Positions 10,500 through 19,909 of a stretch of 58,480 bases of DNA are shown here, in pieces. Positions within the stretch are counted from its first letter, which is position 1; every line of letters begins with the position of its first letter. The translations under genes and the position numbers were made by a program. Source of the DNA: an uncultured Gammaproteobacteria bacterium (lineage in GTDB: Bacteria > Patescibacteriota > Microgenomatia > CAYGWK01); NCBI GenBank assembly GCA_964487495.1, contig CAZAPL010000033.1, positions 1 to 58,480 of the forward strand, read 5' to 3'. The notes under the pieces were generated by a model, which ran no database searches, was not told where the DNA came from, and worked only from the letters and a program-made list of their open reading frames with translations.

Positions 10500-11984
10500 T
10501 TATACCTTTTCTGTTACTCGATACTCAAGATATTTTCCAAGCATAAGCCTGGTATGGGCGTCAAGTCCTGGCATTACCCCAAAAATAAATCCGGAAAGAG
10601 GCATAAGGATAAATTCAAAAGGAATAAGAAGGGCACGAAAACGGGGAAAGAATTTTGGTCTTTTTGGTCTTTGTCTGGCATCAATAATTAAGATTATCAG
10701 GAGAAAAGAAAGACAAATCGTTAAAATAAAACTAGAGATTTTTGGTAGGGTATATCCAATGATGGTTCTTGAAAAATCTGGAACAAAAAGGGTGGGAAGC
10801 GTGATCCCCAACGTTATCCAAAACCAGTTAATAGGTGTTAAAAGATGATCTTCAAGAAGACGAATGAGTCTTATTGTTTTATCCCAAAATGGTATTCCTT
10901 TGGTAGTAAAGTATTTTTTAATTACATATGGATCGTCAGAGACTCCCCAAAGCCATCTTTGGTATTGTCTGTAAGTATTTAAAATTGTTTGCCAAGGAGT
11001 ATGGCTTTCGGCGGCATCGGCATGGAGAGGAAGATAAATAGGCTCAACCTCCACCTTCCCTTTAAGTTTAAAATAAGCCTTAAAGAAAATATGATAATCT
11101 TCGGGAATTACCGTTGGATCCCAGTAGCCAATTTTATCCATTAGAAAAAAAGAGGTAGAGTAGTTTTGGCAATTTATTAGTCTGTCGCTTCTTGAGAGGA
11201 TAGCCCCATTCCAAATAGTTGAAAGGGTATTAACCACCCTCGTTAGTGCCGGGAGTTTCCAGAAATTATTATAAAAGAAAACTGCTGGTTGCCAAAAGAG
11301 GAAATATCTTTTGGGAGAATCCAAAAAACGGAAAGAAAGATAAGAAAAATGTTTGGGGTGGAAACTATGATCCGCATCGCAACTGGTTAAGGTCATATAT
11401 TTTATATCGTATCCTCTTTTATTAACTAATTCTTTTTTAACCCAAATAGCAGCATATCTTTCGTTTGAATGCTTACCAACAGTTTCTTTTGGGCTTAGAT
11501 GGTGGACAGTAACAAAAAAATTAGCAAATTTTTTAGCAAATTTTTTTTCAAGAATTTTTGCTTTTTTTGGGGCTTCCGGATCTCTTGCTTCAGTTGCAAG
11601 AACAACCGTAATTTGATTTAAGGGGAAGTCCTGGTTGGATATGCTTTTTAAAGTTCTTTCCAATATATGGAGGGGTTCTTTATAGGTGGTTATTATAATA
11701 ACATGGTGAATTTTCTGCCAATCAGGAAAAAATTTTGCTTCATCAAGCCAATTCAACGCCTCCGAGGCCTTGATTCTAACGTGTGAGATGACCGCGGTAA
11801 TGGCAAAAGTAATTGATTTGTAAAACCAGAAGACGTCAAAAAAAATAACAAAATAGGCCATATAAAGAGGAATGGTTAAACTACCAACGAAGTAGAAAGT
11901 GATCATGCCCCAGGAAAATAATCCCGGAAAAATTTCAAGGAGTCGCTGAATTTTTTTGTCATATTTTAAAAAGATTTTTCGCAT
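10500..11984 (-). CDS. membrane-embedded processive family-2 glycosyltransferase (synthase type)
   Basis: TM segments at both ends. VVLATEARD and SCDADH aspartate motifs plus QYQRWLWG (QxxRW) are typical of processive beta-glycan synthases. Confidence 0.7.
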   Translation of the reverse strand: MRKIFLKYDKKIQRLLEIFPGLFSWGMITFYFVGSLTIPLYMAYFVIFFDVFWFYKSITFAITAVISHVRIKASEALNWLDEAKFFPDWQKIHHVIIITTYKEPLHILERTLKSISNQDFPLNQITVVLATEARDPEAPKKAKILEKKFAKKFANFFVTVHHLSPKETVGKHSNERYAAIWVKKELVNKRGYDIKYMTLTSCDADHSFHPKHFSYLSFRFLDSPKRYFLFWQPAVFFYNNFWKLPALTRVVNTLSTIWNGAILSRSDRLINCQNYSTSFFLMDKIGYWDPTVIPEDYHIFFKAYFKLKGKVEVEPIYLPLHADAAESHTPWQTILNTYRQYQRWLWGVSDDPYVIKKYFTTKGIPFWDKTIRLIRLLEDHLLTPINWFWITLGITLPTLFVPDFSRTIIGYTLPKISSFILTICLSFLLIILIIDARQRPKRPKFFPRFRALLIPFEFILMPLSGFIFGVMPGLDAHTRLMLGKYLEYRVTEKV

Positions 11985-12762
11985 TTTGGGTGGTTTTTTG
12001 AGAAATTTCTTTTGGAGTATTTCCTCTTATTTTTGCTAGAAAATCGGCTATAATCTTAACATTTTTTGGTTCGTTTCGCAAGCCGCGATAAGGGCAAGGA
12101 GAAAGAAAAGGAGAATCTGTTTCGAGTAAAATTTTTTCCAAAGGGGCAATTTTAGCAATTTCCCAAATTTTTTCTGATTTTTCAAAAGTCAAGTTTCCGC
12201 AGAAACCGATATAAAAGTTCATCTTTATAATTTTATTTAAAAAATTTTTATCTCCGGAGAAGCAATGAAAAACTCCGCCGGGGAAATTCTTTTTAATTAG
12301 CGGTTTAATTAATTGAATCATTTCTTTAAAGGCCTCGCGACAGTGGATAATTATTGGTTTTTTTAATTTTTTGGCTAAATTGATTTGTTCCAAAAAGATT
12401 TCTTTTTGTTTCTTCTTAATTTTTTCGGCTATCTTTTTGGATATTTTTTTCTTATTTATTAAATAAAAATCTAATCCGCACTCGCCAATAGCCACCACTT
12501 TTGGATTTTTAGCCATTTTTTCTAAAGAATTTATCGCTATTTCTGGTTTTTTGATATTTTCTGCTTCTTGCGGGTGGATGCCAACGGCGGCGTAAATTTC
12601 TGGGTATTTCTCTGATAAATAAATCGATTTTTTTGATCCTTTAAGCGAAGAGCCTACGTTGATGATTTTTTTAACTCCTGCTTTTTTTGCTCTTTCAATT
12701 ATTTCCTTTTCTTCTTTGGAGAATTCGGGAAAATCTAAATGAGCATGAGTATCGATTAGCAT
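11959..12762 (-). CDS. tatD: TatD-family metal-dependent hydrolase/DNase
   Basis: MLIDTHAHLDFPEF start, IGECGLDFY, IHCREA and ETDSPFL motifs. Confidence 0.9.
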   Translation of the reverse strand: MLIDTHAHLDFPEFSKEEKEIIERAKKAGVKKIINVGSSLKGSKKSIYLSEKYPEIYAAVGIHPQEAENIKKPEIAINSLEKMAKNPKVVAIGECGLDFYLINKKKISKKIAEKIKKKQKEIFLEQINLAKKLKKPIIIHCREAFKEMIQLIKPLIKKNFPGGVFHCFSGDKNFLNKIIKMNFYIGFCGNLTFEKSEKIWEIAKIAPLEKILLETDSPFLSPCPYRGLRNEPKNVKIIADFLAKIRGNTPKEISQKTTQNAKNLFKI

Positions 12763-12778
12763 ATAAATACTTTGCTTA

Positions 12779-14176
12779 TTAAATTCTTGGGAAGAGAGGT
12801 TTTTCTGATTTTATTTTTGTTTTAGAAAATTGGTTTTTAATTTTTTCAGCAGTTTCGGGAAGAAATGGTTTAAGTTGATAGGCAAGGTTAAGAATTTCTT
12901 CGACCAATTTATTTAAGATTTTATTTAATTTCCCCCCCGAAAGACTCCATGGCTCCCAAATATCAATTAATCTGTCAAGGGAGGTAATTTTTTCTTGCCA
13001 GAGGTAGGCAATGGCTTCATCAAAACGAAATTGATCAAGTTTTTTAGCAATCTGTCGGTCGATTTTATTTTCCTTTATTTTTTTCTTAAAAACGAAATTT
13101 GAATTTTGGCATAATTTTGCTATTCTAGCAACAAGATTACCTAGTCCATTGGCTAAATCGGCATTGTAAATTTCTTTGAATTTATCTAGGGTAAAATCAA
13201 TATCATTTCGCAAAGGGCCATAGCGAAGGAAAAAGTAGCGAACTGCATCAGTGCTAAATTTTTTTGTCAATTCGCTTGGTCTTATAATATTTCCTAAAGA
13301 TTTACTAATTTTTTGCCCATTAATACTTATGAAATCGTGGACGAGGATGGTTTTTGGAGGTTCGTAACCGACGCTTTTAAGCATTGCCGGCCAAAAGATA
13401 GCGTGGAATCTTAAATTGTCTTTTCCTAAAATTTGGACATCAGCAGGCCAGCAATTTTTCTCTACGGCAAAGGTTAAATAATTAACTAAAGCATCAAACC
13501 AAACGTAGATAGTTTGATTTGGGTCATCAGGAACAGGAATCCCCCAACTAACCTGTGGTCGGCTAACAGCGAAGTCCTTTAGTCCCTTTTTTATAAAACT
13601 TAGGGTTTCTTTCCTTTTATTTTCTGGAATTATGAAATTTGGCTTCTTTTCAATTAAATTTTCTAAAAATTTTTGGTATTTAGAAAGGCGGAAAAAATAA
13701 TTTTTTTCTTTTATGTAAATCAGTTGGCGATTTGGGTGGAAGGGGCATTTTCCTTTTACTAGTTCTGATTCAGTTAAATATCCTTCGCATCCTTCACAAT
13801 ATAGTCCTTCGTATTCACCTTGATAAATGTCGCCTGCCGCCTTTGCCTTAAGGTAGAATTCTTGAACGAATTTGAAATGATCCTTATCGGTAGTTCTTAT
13901 AAAACGATCGTAGGAAATGTTAAGGCTTTCCCATTCTTTTTTATCTTCAGAGGAGATTTTATCGACGAATTCTTTTGGACTGATTTTTTGCTCTTGAGCG
14001 CTTTTTTCAACCTTTTGGCCATGTTCGTCGGTGCCTGTGAGAAAATATGTTTCATCACCAATTAATCGATGGTATCTTGCTAGAGTGTCGGCTAGAATTT
14101 TTTGATAAGAATGGCCGATATGTACAACATCATTGGTATAGTCGATGGCGGTGGTGACGTAAAATTTTTTCTTCAT
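12779..14176 (-). CDS. metG: methionine--tRNA ligase (short form)
   Basis: HIGHSY (HIGH) and KISKSLGN (KMSKS) motifs plus a Cys/His knuckle CEGCEGY...CPFH. No C-terminal tRNA-binding extension. Confidence 0.93.
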   Translation of the reverse strand: MKKKFYVTTAIDYTNDVVHIGHSYQKILADTLARYHRLIGDETYFLTGTDEHGQKVEKSAQEQKISPKEFVDKISSEDKKEWESLNISYDRFIRTTDKDHFKFVQEFYLKAKAAGDIYQGEYEGLYCEGCEGYLTESELVKGKCPFHPNRQLIYIKEKNYFFRLSKYQKFLENLIEKKPNFIIPENKRKETLSFIKKGLKDFAVSRPQVSWGIPVPDDPNQTIYVWFDALVNYLTFAVEKNCWPADVQILGKDNLRFHAIFWPAMLKSVGYEPPKTILVHDFISINGQKISKSLGNIIRPSELTKKFSTDAVRYFFLRYGPLRNDIDFTLDKFKEIYNADLANGLGNLVARIAKLCQNSNFVFKKKIKENKIDRQIAKKLDQFRFDEAIAYLWQEKITSLDRLIDIWEPWSLSGGKLNKILNKLVEEILNLAYQLKPFLPETAEKIKNQFSKTKIKSEKPLFPRI

Positions 14177-14227
14177 TAAAAGGGATTATATATCATGGCA
14201 GAATTATAGGCAAGAAAGAGGCAATAA

Positions 14228-14587
14228 TTAATTTTTTCTTTTAAAAAGATTTTCTATTCTTTTAGACCATAAAGAAGCCCATTTATCTGCTTCTATTTTT
14301 TGAATAGCTAGGGAAAAACCTTTGGATTTTCTTAGTCTGTCAACCGCGGAAATTGTGGCAGAGGATACTTTTAAATTTTCCCTGATATCACTATAACTTC
14401 GTTTGTGATTAAGATAATAGGCGATTGCCACTCTTTTGGCTAAAGCAACTAGTCCATTTTTTCCTAAAGCATCTTCAAGAAAAATTTTTACTTCTTCTGG
14501 TTTTTTGAGATCGGCTATTAATTGATAAAGCATTTCAAAAATTTCCTTTTCGAGATTTTTATTTATTCCTTTTTTTGAAAGTCTCAT
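14228..14587 (-). CDS. TrpR-like YerC/YecD family DNA-binding protein
   Basis: 119 aa. RVAIAYYLNHKRSYSDIRENLKVSSATISAVDRL matches the Trp-repressor-like HTH of the YerC/YecD family. Confidence 0.6.
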   Translation of the reverse strand: MRLSKKGINKNLEKEIFEMLYQLIADLKKPEEVKIFLEDALGKNGLVALAKRVAIAYYLNHKRSYSDIRENLKVSSATISAVDRLRKSKGFSLAIQKIEADKWASLWSKRIENLFKRKN

Positions 14588-14591
14588 TTAG

Positions 14592-14628
14592 TTTAATTAA
14601 TTGAACTAATATAGTTCAAATAATTAAA
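14592..14628. promoter_or_regulatory. 37-bp near-perfect palindrome (candidate operator) immediately upstream of the yerC-like gene
   Basis: TTTAATTAATTGAACTA-ATA-TAGTTCAAATAATTAAA: 17-nt arms with a single mismatch, inner 8-nt arms perfect. It begins 5 nt from the ATG, and its centre contains a TATATT -10-like hexamer on the gene strand. Confidence 0.5.
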
Positions 14629-14662
14629 TTAACAATATCACGTGGAATAAAATCTGTCAAGG

Positions 14663-14977
14663 TTAAGGCTTATGATTAGCAAAGTATATTTCTGAAGAAA
14701 TAAAAATTCCCAAAAGAATGGCGAAATTTATGATATTTAAGATTTTTATCTGTTTAAGGATGGCTAAAACGATAAGAAATAATGAAAGCATTAATCCTTG
14801 GCGACTATTTGCTAAAATCAAAGAAAAGGTTAGGAAAAAAGAAGTTAAAGCTAAAAAATAAAAAATGGAAATTAAAATTAAAGAGTCAGGGGCAGTAAAG
14901 AGGACAAGATAGGATAAAAGAAGCCAGGATAAAAGTGTTAAGAGAAAAGCAGGGAAAAAATTCTTTCTTTTTCTCAT
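14663..14977 (-). CDS. small polytopic membrane protein
   Basis: 104 aa with three hydrophobic segments. Confidence 0.5.
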   Translation of the reverse strand: MRKRKNFFPAFLLTLLSWLLLSYLVLFTAPDSLILISIFYFLALTSFFLTFSLILANSRQGLMLSLFLIVLAILKQIKILNIINFAILLGIFISSEIYFANHKP

Positions 14978-14991
14978 GATATAATTATATC
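14978..14991. promoter_or_regulatory. perfect 14-bp palindrome carrying TATAAT on both strands (bidirectional -10 element)
   Basis: GATATAATTATATC fills most of the 17-nt gap between divergent starts at 14977 (-) and 14995 (+). On the plus strand it reads TGATATAAT (extended -10). Confidence 0.5.
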
Positions 14992-14994
14992 TAA

Positions 14995-15969
14995 ATGTTT
15001 AATGAGATTTATTTTCTATTTTTTTTAATAATTGGTTTTGTAATTTTTATCTTTTATTTTTTTAACAAACGGTTTTTGGAGATCAAAGAATTAGCAAGAC
15101 CAGATGAAACTCTTAAAGAGTGGTTAAAAAGCCAGCAGGAGGTAACCCAGCAAACATCAAAGGCAATAAACGAAAGGTTAGATCGGGCAGCGCAGGTAAT
15201 TGCAGGAGTTCAAAAGAGCCTTGGCGAAATGAGTGAAATTGGGCGAGGGATGAGAGATCTTCAAGAGTTTCTTCGTTCTCCGAAACTTCGAGGAAATATT
15301 GGGGAACAAGTTTTAAAAGAACTTTTAGGGCAGATGTTACCAAAGCAATCTTTTTATTTACAATATACCTTTCGTTCAGGGGCGAAGGTAGATGCGGCAA
15401 TAAAGACCTCCTCAGGAATTGTTCCTGTTGATTCAAAATTTCCTATGGAGAATTTTCGGAAAATGATGGGAGCCAAAAATGACGAAGAGAAGAAAATGGC
15501 AGAAAAAGAATTCATTAAAGATGTTAAAGATCATATTGAGGCAATTTCTTCAAAATATATTTTGACCGAAGAAGGAACCATCGATTATGCTTTGATGTAC
15601 ATTCCTTCAGAGGCGGTATATTATGAAGTAGTTAATAATCCTGATTTATTTGATTATGCTGGTAAAAAGAGGGTTCTGCCGGTTTCGCCAATGACTTTTT
15701 ATGCCTATCTAAGGGCAATTTTAGCCAGTTTTGAGGGGCAAAAAATTGAGCAAAAAGCAAAACAAATTTTAGCGACTATTCGGGCAATACAGAAAGATTA
15801 TCAAAAAATTGAAGCAAATCTAGGGATTTTAGGCAGGCATATTCAAAATGCTTATAATCAAATGTCAAATGTCATGGGTGGTTTTACTCTTTTAGGGCAA
15901 AAACTTTCTTCAACCTATGAATTGGAAGGTGAAGTTAAAGAAGATCAACTTAGAATTGACCAGGAGTGA
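14995..15969 (+). CDS. rmuC: DNA recombination protein RmuC
   Basis: N-terminal TM and coiled coil, then LRSPKLRGNIGEQVLKELL...VDAAIK...VPVDSKFPMENF, typical of RmuC. Confidence 0.85.
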   Translation: MFNEIYFLFFLIIGFVIFIFYFFNKRFLEIKELARPDETLKEWLKSQQEVTQQTSKAINERLDRAAQVIAGVQKSLGEMSEIGRGMRDLQEFLRSPKLRGNIGEQVLKELLGQMLPKQSFYLQYTFRSGAKVDAAIKTSSGIVPVDSKFPMENFRKMMGAKNDEEKKMAEKEFIKDVKDHIEAISSKYILTEEGTIDYALMYIPSEAVYYEVVNNPDLFDYAGKKRVLPVSPMTFYAYLRAILASFEGQKIEQKAKQILATIRAIQKDYQKIEANLGILGRHIQNAYNQMSNVMGGFTLLGQKLSSTYELEGEVKEDQLRIDQE

Positions 15970-16029
15970 GGAATCTAGCCTTTAGCGTTTTTCTCCTTTG
16001 AAAAATATTTTTTATTTTTTTATTTTTAG

Positions 16030-18987
16030 ATGAGTCTTTTGGGCTATTGGATGTTGGGTTATAATTATTCTGTGGCAGAAGAAAAAAAATTAGATAGTAA
16101 ACAATTAGAGGCAATTAAATATGGCGAGGGGCCGCTTTTGATTATTGCTGGAGCAGGAACTGGGAAAACAACGGTAATTACCGAGCGGATTAAATGGTTA
16201 GTTTCCTCTGGGAAAGCAAAACCTTCAGAAATCTTGGCTTTAACTTTTACTGATAAAGCCGCCCGTGAGATGGAAGAAAGAGTCGATATGGTTATGCCTA
16301 TAGGGTATATCCAAATGTGGATTTCTACTTTTCATTCTTTTTGTGATCGAATTTTGCGGGCTGAGGCTTTTCATATTGGGCTTGATCCAAGATACAATCT
16401 TATGACTGAAGCAGAAACAGTTCAATTTTTACGCCAAAACCTTTTTAGGTTTGATCTTAAATATTTTCGATCCTTGGGGAATCCCAATAAATTTATTGCC
16501 GGCATGCTTCAACATTTTTCTCGGCTTAAAGACGAAGATGTTTCTCCAGAAGAATATCTTCATTTTGTTAAAAAACAAAAATTGAACCTAGAAAAAGAAG
16601 GTTTAAAAACCGAAGAGGCAGAAAAAGAGTTAGAAAAGAATTTTGAATTAGCAAGGGCCTATCAGGTTTATGAAGAATTGAAAAATAAAGAAGGAGTGAT
16701 GGATTTTGCTGATTTAATTTCAAATACTCTTAAACTTTTTCGCACTAGGAAGAATGTTCTTAAGAGATACCAGGAACAATTTAGATATATTCTGGTTGAT
16801 GAATTTCAAGATACTAATTACGCGCAATATGTACTTTTGAAGATTTTGGCACCTCCGGAAAAAAATCCAAATTTGACAGTGGTGGGAGATGATTCGCAAT
16901 CAATTTATAAATTTAGAGGGGCAGCCGTTTCTAATATTTTACAGTTCATGGATGATTATAAAAATGCTTATTTGGTTGTTTTAGTTAATAATTATCGTTC
17001 TACTCAGACAATTCTTGATTGCGCCTATAAAGTTATAAGAAATAATAATCCGGATACTTTAGAAGTAAAGCTTGGAATTAGTAAAAATCTTAAAAAGGCA
17101 AGGCAGGTTGAAGAAGTACCAATTGGGTTTATTCATGCCGATCGAGTGGAAAACGAAGCCGAGGCAGTGGCAAGGGAGATTATAAATCTTAAGACACAGA
17201 AAAATGGAAAATATCAGTGGAAAGATTTTGCAATTTTGGTCCGGGCAAATAATCATGCTGATCCTTTTATTCGGGCTTTTTCTCGCTTGGGGATTCCTTA
17301 TCAATTTTTAGGCCCAGGAATGCTTTTTCGTCAAAGCGAAGTTAAAGATTTAATTGCCTATCTTAAGGTTTTGTATAATTTTGAAGATTCGGTAGCGATG
17401 TATCGAGTTTTGGCAATGGATTTTTGGGAAATTTCCCCTCGGGATTTGGCGGCTATTTCTAATTTTGCCAAAAAAAATAATTTTTCTTTATTTGAGGCCT
17501 GTGAGCAGATTGAAAAAATTTTTGTTTCTCAAAAAACTAAAGAGACGATTAAGAACTTGGTGGGGATGATTCATCGTCATTTAGGCTTGATTAAAAAAGA
17601 AACCGCGGGCCAAATCCTTTACTACTTTCTTCAAGATTCAGGCCTTTTGCGAAAACTGGCAGAGTATAAAACCAAAGCCGAAGAGCGTCGGGTTAAAAAT
17701 ATTTCTAAGTTTTTTGATAAATTAAAAACTTATGAGATTGAGCATGAAGATGCTTCTGTTTTTGCAGTTTCTGATTGGATTGATTTGTCTTTGGAGCTAG
17801 GAGAGTCACCTTTGGCGGCTGATACAGATTGGGCCGAGGTTGATGCCGTTAATATTTTGACCGTTCATTCAAGTAAAGGTTTGGAATTTCCGGTAGTTTT
17901 TTTGGTAAATTTAGTTTCTCAAAGATTTCCTACGGTTGAACGCCGAGAGCAAATTCCCATTCCCGAAGAACTCATTAAAGAAATTTTACCTATTGGCGAT
18001 TACCACTTAGAAGAAGAACGTCGTCTTTTTTATGTAGGAATGACGAGGGCTAAAGACCGCTTGTTTTTTACTGCAGCCGATTTTTATGGTGAGGGAAAAA
18101 GGGAAAGAAAAATTTCTCCTTTTGTTTTTGAAGCTTTGGGGGAGGAAGCAGTTAAAAGCTTGCTTGGTAAAGATAAAAATATTGAAGAAAAACAACTTCC
18201 TCTTTTTGGCTTTGGAAAGAAAGAAGAGGAACAGTTGCCAACTCCAAGTTTTAATTTTCCGGTTAACTATCTTTCTTTTTCTCAAATTGATGTATTTAAT
18301 ACCTGCCCTTTGCAATATCGTTACCGTTTTATCCAAAAAATTCCTATTCTTCCTTCAGCCGCTCAAAGTTTTGGCGATTCGGTTCATCGATCTTTGAGAG
18401 ATTTCTATCAGAAAATAAAGTTTGGAGAAAAACCAACCAAGGACGATTTACTTAAAATTTTGGAAGAAAATTGGATACCTTTAGGTTATGCTAGTCGCGC
18501 CCATGAAGAAAAAGCAAAAGAAACAGGAAGGGAAATGCTTTCCAGATTTTATGACGAACTTGTTTTAGAGGTTATCCCCAAAGATTTAGAAAAATCATTT
18601 ACCATTAAGATTAGCCCTGATCTTAAAATTGGGGGGAAAATTGATCGAGTTGATGAGAAGGAAGGAGTAATTGAAATTATTGATTATAAAACCGGAAAAG
18701 TTTTAGATCAAAAAGAGGTTGATAATTCTTTACAAATGACTGTTTATGCTTTAGCGGCTACCGATAAAGAATTTTATAATAAAAAGCCAGAAGAAGTAAT
18801 TTTGACCTTTTATTTTTTGGAAAACCTGGAGAAAAGATCAACTAAAAGAACAGAAGATCAACTTAAACAGGCAAAAGAGGATTTACTTAAAAAGAAAGAG
18901 GAAATTGAAAAAAGTACTTTTGAGCCGACACCCGGGCCCTGGTGTGATTTTTGTGATTTTAAATTAATCTGTGAGGCCTGGTTATGA
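16030..18987 (+). CDS. UvrD/PcrA-type SF1 helicase fused to a C-terminal Cas4/AddB-like PD-(D/E)XK nuclease with 4-Cys cluster
   Basis: Helicase motifs AGAGTGKT, VDEFQDTN, VGDDSQSIYKFRGA, NYRST, TVHSSKGLEFPVVF, YVGMTRAK. The C-terminal domain has CPLQYRYRF, GKIDRVD, IIDYKTGK, QMTVYA and CDFCDFKLIC. Confidence 0.85.
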   Translation: MSLLGYWMLGYNYSVAEEKKLDSKQLEAIKYGEGPLLIIAGAGTGKTTVITERIKWLVSSGKAKPSEILALTFTDKAAREMEERVDMVMPIGYIQMWISTFHSFCDRILRAEAFHIGLDPRYNLMTEAETVQFLRQNLFRFDLKYFRSLGNPNKFIAGMLQHFSRLKDEDVSPEEYLHFVKKQKLNLEKEGLKTEEAEKELEKNFELARAYQVYEELKNKEGVMDFADLISNTLKLFRTRKNVLKRYQEQFRYILVDEFQDTNYAQYVLLKILAPPEKNPNLTVVGDDSQSIYKFRGAAVSNILQFMDDYKNAYLVVLVNNYRSTQTILDCAYKVIRNNNPDTLEVKLGISKNLKKARQVEEVPIGFIHADRVENEAEAVAREIINLKTQKNGKYQWKDFAILVRANNHADPFIRAFSRLGIPYQFLGPGMLFRQSEVKDLIAYLKVLYNFEDSVAMYRVLAMDFWEISPRDLAAISNFAKKNNFSLFEACEQIEKIFVSQKTKETIKNLVGMIHRHLGLIKKETAGQILYYFLQDSGLLRKLAEYKTKAEERRVKNISKFFDKLKTYEIEHEDASVFAVSDWIDLSLELGESPLAADTDWAEVDAVNILTVHSSKGLEFPVVFLVNLVSQRFPTVERREQIPIPEELIKEILPIGDYHLEEERRLFYVGMTRAKDRLFFTAADFYGEGKRERKISPFVFEALGEEAVKSLLGKDKNIEEKQLPLFGFGKKEEEQLPTPSFNFPVNYLSFSQIDVFNTCPLQYRYRFIQKIPILPSAAQSFGDSVHRSLRDFYQKIKFGEKPTKDDLLKILEENWIPLGYASRAHEEKAKETGREMLSRFYDELVLEVIPKDLEKSFTIKISPDLKIGGKIDRVDEKEGVIEIIDYKTGKVLDQKEVDNSLQMTVYALAATDKEFYNKKPEEVILTFYFLENLEKRSTKRTEDQLKQAKEDLLKKKEEIEKSTFEPTPGPWCDFCDFKLICEAWL

Positions 18988-19087
18988 ATTAAATTTTAAG
19001 GTTTAGAATGTCGTTACTTTCTTATTATATTTTTGGATAGTTGGATTTTATAATTAATTTTTGGTTTAGTAAAACAAGGGGAATGTT

Positions 19088-19900
19088 TTAATTAAAGAAG
19101 GGAATTTTAGAGAAAAACTTGCTCGCCAATTTTAAAAATGGATTATAGAATTTTGTGAAAGAAAGGGGATATTCAATTTCTTTCCCGCCAAAACTTTTTT
19201 TAAAATGGGTAAATCCCTGCCAGGATTTTATTGGAGACCTTTCATCATAAATTCCTTCAAAATCAAAAATTTTGCATCCCTTTCTTTTTGCTAGTTTTAT
19301 TGCTTTAAAAACTACTAAGTATGACGCAGAAAGTTTTCGTCCTTTGGATGTTGAGGCGGCATAGAAATAATAGGCGGTTTTGTCAAAGATTAGAATTAAA
19401 GCCCCGGCTATAGGTTTAGATGATTGCTGATAGGCAAGGAGAAGATAGGCATTTCTACCAAAAGAGCGATAAATACTTCTGATTTCTTTGCCAAAAGGGA
19501 TCCAAAAACCGCGTTTAAAGGCATTTTCGTGCCAGATTTTAACGAAGGCTTCGATATCTAAAGATTGTTTGACTAAGATTTTTTCTCTTTCCGCCTTTCT
19601 AATTTCATATCGACAATCTTTTTTCATTTGTTTTAAAATTTCCTTTTCTGATTTTTTCAAATCTAACCTGAGGGTTTTTGTGGGAGAATAATTTAATTGG
19701 ATAGCAAAAGCCTTATATTTTTTGGCTAAATTTTCAAGTTCTCCTGTTGAAATTTTTACCCCTGGTCTTTGAATTTTTATAAAGTTGCCAAGGATTGGAA
19801 GATGACGGATATAAATTTGAACCCCCTTTTCTTTCTTAACAGTCCAGCCAATTTTTTCCATAAAATGAGCAAATTCAGGAGATTGACGTAGATCTTTCAT
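19088..19900 (-). CDS. FemAB-family peptidoglycan interpeptide-bridge aminoacyltransferase (short paralog)
   Basis: 270 aa with a GNAT-like FemAB pattern (AYYFYAASTSKGRKLSASY...FDFEGI). It lies adjacent to a longer paralog. Confidence 0.7.
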   Translation of the reverse strand: MKDLRQSPEFAHFMEKIGWTVKKEKGVQIYIRHLPILGNFIKIQRPGVKISTGELENLAKKYKAFAIQLNYSPTKTLRLDLKKSEKEILKQMKKDCRYEIRKAEREKILVKQSLDIEAFVKIWHENAFKRGFWIPFGKEIRSIYRSFGRNAYLLLAYQQSSKPIAGALILIFDKTAYYFYAASTSKGRKLSASYLVVFKAIKLAKRKGCKIFDFEGIYDERSPIKSWQGFTHFKKSFGGKEIEYPLSFTKFYNPFLKLASKFFSKIPFFN

Positions 19901-19909
19901 AAAAAACCT

